Assembly: GCA_000934665.2 (NCBI GenBank)
Contig: KZ538624.1
Span: 1-58,017, forward strand
DNA length: 58,017 nt
Direction of reading: 5' to 3'
Source of the DNA: Catajapyx aquilonaris
Taxonomy: Eukaryota
Below, piece after piece: positions 52,710 through 58,017 of this stretch (position 1 is the stretch's first letter; every line of letters starts with the position of its first letter). The notes under the pieces were generated by a model. It did not search any database, was not told the DNA's origin, and saw nothing but the letters and a program-made list of their open reading frames with translations. Both the position numbers and the translations under genes were made by a program.

Positions 52710-53450
52710 CGAGGAGTTCATAAAGTTCGCGCCTTAGGGTTGAAGGCAATGAGAGAAACTGTTCAAATTGCACACATGTATTAGTCCTCTCTATATGAAC
52801 CCTGCAAAGCCACACATTTTTCCCAGTGATTCACAACATGTGGGACACCATCATTGTAGAAGTCGACACTTTGTGCTTGAAAATTGTTTTCAACCTCTGT
52901 GATCACCCCCCCTGTCACTTTCAAAATGCTTCCCACACAGTGGTTGCTTCAAGTGGCGAAAGAGCAAGAAGAGGGCGAGGTCCGGGTAATATGGCGGATG
53001 GGGCAGAATATTGTACCCCAATGGCCAGCAAGTGCCACAGTTACATGGGCAGAATGAGCAGATGCGTTGTCGTGCACACCTTGTGTCACCATTCCTCGTC
53101 TCTTTCACTTGATTTGGTGATGCAGCTTTTACAGCAGGTCTTGATAATACTGCCCTGTGATGGTCTGACCTTTTCATGCCTAATGAGTCGTGATAAAATC
53201 CACAGGAATCACAAAAAAAAAAACTGAGAATAACCTCTCCAGATGATGGCTACATTCGGCCTTCTTCGGCGGTGGAGAGTTCTGAGTGTTTCCACTGCCT
53301 GTTCTGTAATTTGGTCTCTAGGTCGTAGTGGTACACCCAACATTCGTCCATGATGATGAGTTGGCTGAAAAAATTGCCATCTTTGGAGAGGAACATCGCC
53401 AACATTTCCGTAGCCTTACAGAGGTTGAAAACATTTTTTGAAACGCAAAG
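52710..53450 (-). mobile_element. Mariner element 3, degenerate, in FBXO28 intron 2
   Basis: TA|CGAGG terminus. The - strand shows MDECWVYHYDLETK and GYNILPHPPYYPDLA...LFRHLKQPLCGKHF. The far end is approximate. Confidence 0.88.
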
Positions 53451-53602
53451 TTATATTACAAATTTGGAGCCACACAGGTTTGCAATTTGGAGGGAGGGGG
53501 CGGGGGGGGGGGGGGGTNGGGGATTTCAGGAGAGAGGGAATTTTTAAGTAGCAGTTGATCATTCTTTCTGTGGCACTGTCTCTCAAGACTTCATTATTGC
53601 AG

Positions 53603-53956
53603 GTGATTGACGAGATATACCGCATCCTCCGTTTCGTGAAGGAGACCAAGACTCCCCCTCGTGCTCATGAAACGCTTCAGGAGCTACGCGACATTTCTTC
53701 CATGGCAATGGAACATTTTGATGAGAAGATTGTACCTGGTTTAAAGCAGTCCATTCTGGCAGCTCCATCTAAGCTGAGCGTGGTCGGACACAGCCCATAT
53801 CCATGTGTCATGTACCCATCCACCAGTAGTGTGAATGGGGAGCTTGTAAAGAAGAATACAGAAGTTCAGTTGAGGCAGGTGGTTGAAATTCCTTTGGCTA
53901 AGGAACGTTCAGAGCGACTTGTCCTGAAGAAGGAGATCAAGCGACTCACTGCTAAG
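53603..53956 (+). CDS. FBXO28: FBXO28 coding exon 3 (gene continues downstream)
   Basis: Acceptor ttattgcag, donor gtaagc, 354 nt, phase 0. VIDEIYRILRFV...RAHETLQELRDISSMAMEHFDEKIVP is the FBXO28 signature, followed by the start of a coiled-coil-like segment LVLKKEIKRLTAK. Confidence 0.96.
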
Positions 53957-54183
53957 GTAAGCCATGAAATTTTGGAGTCCAATTAACATTCTACCCTTTG
54001 GGTTATTCCTCTACCCGGTACAGTACTGGATTGCCAATGCCCCTAGTGGCTCTCCATTAACCCTATGTCTCCTGTGGCCATGTTATAATGGGCCAAGACA
54101 GAATAATTTTTTTAAAATTCATTGACCAGAATAACCCCGACGGAAATTTCTTTGGTAACTCTTCTAGTTTCTATGTTAATGAG

Positions 54184-54186
<3 letters not shown>

Positions 54187-54257
<71 letters not shown>

Positions 54258-54552
54258 CAATAATAATAACAACAATAATTCATACCCCGTCATCAGCCAT
54301 CTGCTCTTTAGGGGGGAAGTTTGTTTTGCCTGGAACTCTTTCCTTTTCATTTTACTGTGCTCTTTGGGATAGGATAGGGACGGAAGGAAGTGGCTGTGGC
54401 CTATTAACTGCGGAAGCAACTCCGGAATTTTCCTGGAAAGACCGTGGGAAACCACAGAAAACCACGGTCCGAGTTGCCGGCCCCGGGATTTGATCCCAGG
54501 ACCTCCCGATTAGCAGTCGGACACCATATCCCCTCCTCCAAACTGCTTCAGT
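54187..54552 (-). mobile_element. SINE family B with long (ATT)n tail
   Basis: Homologous to the 49108 copy. 13-bp TSD TGTTAATGAGTAT (54174-54186, 54553-54565). Confidence 0.92.
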
Positions 54553-54854
54553 TGTTAATGAGTATTTACGCCACCTACGTGATATTTGTAATGGGGTGAC
54601 GTCATAGACCCGAGGTCTCGTTCATTGTAAACAAACACTTACTGCAAGAATTTAAATAGACATAGCTCCCTGCCGCATATTTCCCAGTAAGTGGACGTGC
54701 ATCTGAAAACCATTAAAAATTACCGACATTCTGCGACTTATTTTTCGCTGGGGGCGTGGGGGGGATCAGGCAGATCAGTAAAGGGTAGACAAACGGCCGT
54801 AAAAAGTGGGCAATTATGTAGAATTATCTTGGATGATTCCAAGTGGTGGAAGCC

Positions 54855-55209
54855 TGGGAGGCGAAGTGGCGCAACGGTAACGTTCGCGCCCACGGATGTT
54901 AAGGTCCCGGGTTCGATCCCGGCCCGGGGACACCCTCTTCATCTCGTGCAGAGTAAAGTGTCGTCTCTGACTTCGTCTCGGGTGGAATATCCACAGACTA
55001 ATCCACCCAGGGGAGCTCACAAAACGACCACATGCGGACAAGGCACTGCACTTGCACATCCCCTCCTGTCATCCCTTCCTGCCCGTGGGCCCGGGCGCTA
55101 TACAAATAGGAACCAGTTGTAGTTGATGTTTAATAATAAAGGTCCGGCAAAACCCCGATAGGGGTACACCTACACCCAATTATTATTATTATTATTATTA
55201 TTATTAAAA
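54855..55209 (+). mobile_element. SINE family A, full length, CpG-intact
   Basis: A box TGGCGCAACGG, B box GGTTCGATCCC, (ATT)n tail. 14-bp TSD AAGTGGTGGAAGCC (54841-54854, 55210-55223). Confidence 0.92.
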
Positions 55210-56107
55210 AAGTGGTGGAAGCCGCCTTTAAAAAACCACGTAGATGTTGCAATAGGATGATGTCACTGTCTGGTGCATAGCATATGAGGCGGTAGATGGC
55301 TCGCTCGATGCAATGCAAGTTTTTACGTCTAGCACGGTTCAGCCCCATCTTGTGCATGAATCAAGAGCGAAACTAATGGTGCCAGCCCCAGTGATTTTCA
55401 CCTAGGGCACTATTTTTAAACCCCCACCCAAAAAGGTCCAAATCCAGCGGGAAACATAGGGTTAAGAAATAATGTCAATCTGTACCCTGTGTCTGTTCAT
55501 TTTCATTTGTTCTCACTTGGAACTGCACATGGAGCTAAAGGGATTGGGTGGAATTGGAGTCGAAGAATTTTATAAACAGTGATAGTATTTTAAAATTCCT
55601 GCATTTGCACCAGTGAACAATTACATGTGTAAGTGAAGGATGGTTTCTGTCTTGGCTGTGTCCAAATGGATAGCTTTTTCCCTCCTCATTGTGGGCAGCA
55701 GGGATCACGATCTGGATGTGCAGGTCTGTCTTCCACCAAGGAATCTAGGCGCACTATTAGAGATATAGATATTCAATCTTTAGAGCATTGTACAGAGAAA
55801 GGTCCAGATTTACTTCTATAGTCTTGAGTTGCAATCAGATAATAATTGTGGAGATAAAGATAGCCTGACAAAGATGGAAACTTCTCTTCACATACGTATG
55901 CATGTAATTGTTCATTTCCATCTAATCCTTTTTTCTTTAGATGCAGTTCAAACTGAGAAAGAGGGAACTCAACCAATTTGCATATCTCTATAAGAAAGCA
56001 CAGGGAGATAGCTGCACCACTGGCGAAATAGCGATAGAGGTATAATCAAACGTGTTGCAAACAGAGTTAAATTTTTGTCCCAAACACCGCAATAATAGGG
56101 TCATTCT

Positions 56108-56372
56108 TGACCGAAGCAGGTTGGTGTGGTGGTTAAGGAGCCCGACTGCTAATCGGGAGGTCCTGGGTTCAAATCCCGGGGCCAGCGACCCTGACTGTGG
56201 TTTTCTGTGGTTTCCCATGGTCCCCCCAGGATAATTCCACGGTCGCTTCCATATAATAGGCCACAGTCGCTTCTTTCCTTCCCTATCCTTGGCCCCATCC
56301 AATGGTGGTTCTCCACCCCCCTAATGGAGCACTGCCAATGGGGTATAAAAATATTTTAAAAATATAAAAATA
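56108..56372 (+). mobile_element. SINE family B, full length, A-rich tail
   Basis: GGTTAAGG..CCGACTGCTAATCGG..GGTTCAAATCCC, a tRNA-Ser(GCT)-like head without the long variable arm. TSD AATAGGGTCATTCT/AATATGGTCATTCT (1 mismatch). Confidence 0.9.
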
Positions 56373-57381
56373 AATATGGTCATTCTCACAAAACAGGCCA
56401 AAATGATATCCGTTTGCTATGATGATGCTGTTTTCACTATTTCATATTTTCTTAAGGGTGTTGCTAGTGTTAAACGTAGACGTTCATGTGTCAAGAGGAC
56501 CATGGATGTGGCTGAGGCTAAGGTTGTTTGTTTAGACAGGTGTAAATGGCATAGGTTGATTAATGAGGGTGGGTAATGGAGGAGGGGGGAGGTACACAGG
56601 AGATGACAGGAGCATTCACGCAGACAGTGACACACACCAGGCGGCGGCGGGATCAGGTGGGCGGGGAGAGCCCGACACTCGGTAAGCAGTGGAGTAGGGC
56701 CTGCATGCCTTAACTTATTAGGGCGGGAGTGAAGTCGACTGGGCAGCCAGGGTGTTGGAGTGGCTGGACAGGATCCTGCTGGCCGGCACATGATGGCTCG
56801 GGGTACCTGCCTCCCTGTCCGTCGTCTGAGATGGGCAGGGTTGGGGGGTGGGAGGTGGGACGGGAGGTTTGTACACTCCTCTGTATTGCAGGTAATCCAA
56901 AATTTCAAGTTAGTTATGCGTGGGCATGATGGCAGTTAGAAGCGCCACTTCAGACATGGAGGGGTCTCTGGAATCTGTCCTCTTGAGTAGGAAAATTCAC
57001 CAACAGGTGACACAAACAAAGACTGCTACTGACTAGATCAAAGATGGCGCCACGCAGGAAGTCTGGTGGTCGTGCACCCCGCTCAGGGAAATATTAAAAT
57101 GCATATATAATGAATTCATTTTATGGAAATCTCAGTAGATGTATTCAGTTGGTATAACTCAAGGACGAAAATGATGTGGTTACAAGTTTGATAGTGTTTG
57201 TAACCGTGCAACTACAAGGCAGTAAAGTCCATGTATTGCAGGCAATACACTGGGTCTCAATGCGAGTGTTTCAGGTTGTTACACATGACCATTGACTCCT
57301 GATACGTTGGTTGGTTCATAAGTCATTTTAATTCAAAAACGGTAACACATATAGAGATGAACTCTGCTGAGTTTTGAAGCT

Positions 57382-57889
57382 CCGGCGATTACAATTTGAT
57401 CCGCCATATAGATGTTGCCCATATCGCAAGGGAGGCAGGGAAACAAAAGGGGATTGTGACCCCCGCACCACACCATTGACCTAAGAAGGCCCGAGCCCTA
57501 CGCGCTTGGAGATGTTGGACGCTGCACGCGGGACACCCGGAGATGGACCACACATGAGCTTGCTTTCGAGTGTGGGACAAGTAAGAGCACTATGCTTAGG
57601 ACACTGAAAGAGGAAGTTGGCATCCTCACTGGTTTGTGGTTCCTCACCTTCGCTTCGAGGTGCAAAAGTGCGATCATTTTGGCTTCGCTTGGAACTCTAT
57701 CGCATTGAGGTCGATGTTTTTTAAATCTCTGAGTGTCCCGCATGTAGTGTACAACAGCTCCCAAGTGCATCAGGCTGGAGCCGACTTGGGGCAATGGTGC
57801 TGTTGGGGGGTCACAATCCCATTTTGTTGCCCTGCCTCCCTAGCGATATGGGCGACATCTATGTATGCCAGATAAAATTGTAATGCTGG
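57382..57889. mobile_element. MITE-like element with ~115 bp inverted arms
   Basis: ATAGATGTTGCCCATATCGCAAGGGAGGCAGGG..GGGATTGTGACCCCC vs GGGGGTCACAATCCC..CCCTGCCTCCCTAGCGATATGGGCGACATCTAT. Confidence 0.82.
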
Positions 57890-58017
57890 CCAGACAGGAT
57901 CCCAATCATTCTGCCACTGATAGTCCAGTGCATTTAGTCGATATTTACCCACAACCTGGACATTTAGAGTTACTAAACTAAACTTGGGATATATGTTCAA
58001 TTGGGTCCCCTGAACAA

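Larger units (their letters stand above)
54061..55461. mobile_element. Non-autonomous piggyBac-like element carrying two SINE insertions
   Basis: TTAA|CCCTATGTCTCC...GGAAACATAGGG|TTAA: TTAA TSD with CCC/GGG termini. Confidence 0.85.

Noticed and set aside
55941..56039. Possible FBXO28 exon 4 (good acceptor, MQFKLRKRELNQFAYLYKK...)
   Set aside because: Does not resemble the expected coiled-coil continuation and the donor GTATAA is weak. Left uncalled.
56112..56180. tRNA-Ser(GCT)-like gene
   Set aside because: No acceptor stem or long variable arm. It continues into a multi-copy body with tail and TSD, so it is a SINE head.
1..58017. CRISPR arrays, operons, prokaryotic or viral systems, intact transposase or RT genes
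   Set aside because: None seen. The sequence is intron-rich eukaryotic DNA and all transposase remnants are disrupted.

Overview
Eukaryotic genomic DNA, most likely insect or other arthropod (inferred from gene style and SINE types). It holds two head-to-head genes whose start codons are about 0.67 kb apart. On the + strand are three coding exons of FBXO28/pallbearer (45288-45428, 52218-52466, 53603-53956; the 3' end was not found). On the - strand are the first two short coding exons of an hnRNP L/smooth-like gene (44547-44615 and 7531-7583), separated by a ~37 kb intron; the RRM exons probably lie left of the window. Nearly all entries in the ORF track are spurious. The rest is intronic: three tRNA-derived SINE families (most copies with clean 11-16 bp TSDs, one carrying a V-SINE-like domain), three dead mariner elements, and non-autonomous elements resembling Chapaev3, piggyBac, hAT, pogo, PIF and CACTA families, several of them nested, plus fold-back palindromes. 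I found no novel protein-coding system. The most interesting signals are regulatory: a 46-codon uORF whose stop overlaps the smooth start (TAATG), candidate recursive splice sites and CpG-rich, TE-poor islands with YY1/Pho and CRE motifs in the giant intron, a sharp CpG rich/poor mosaic, and modular SINE tails sharing a GGGGTA end.
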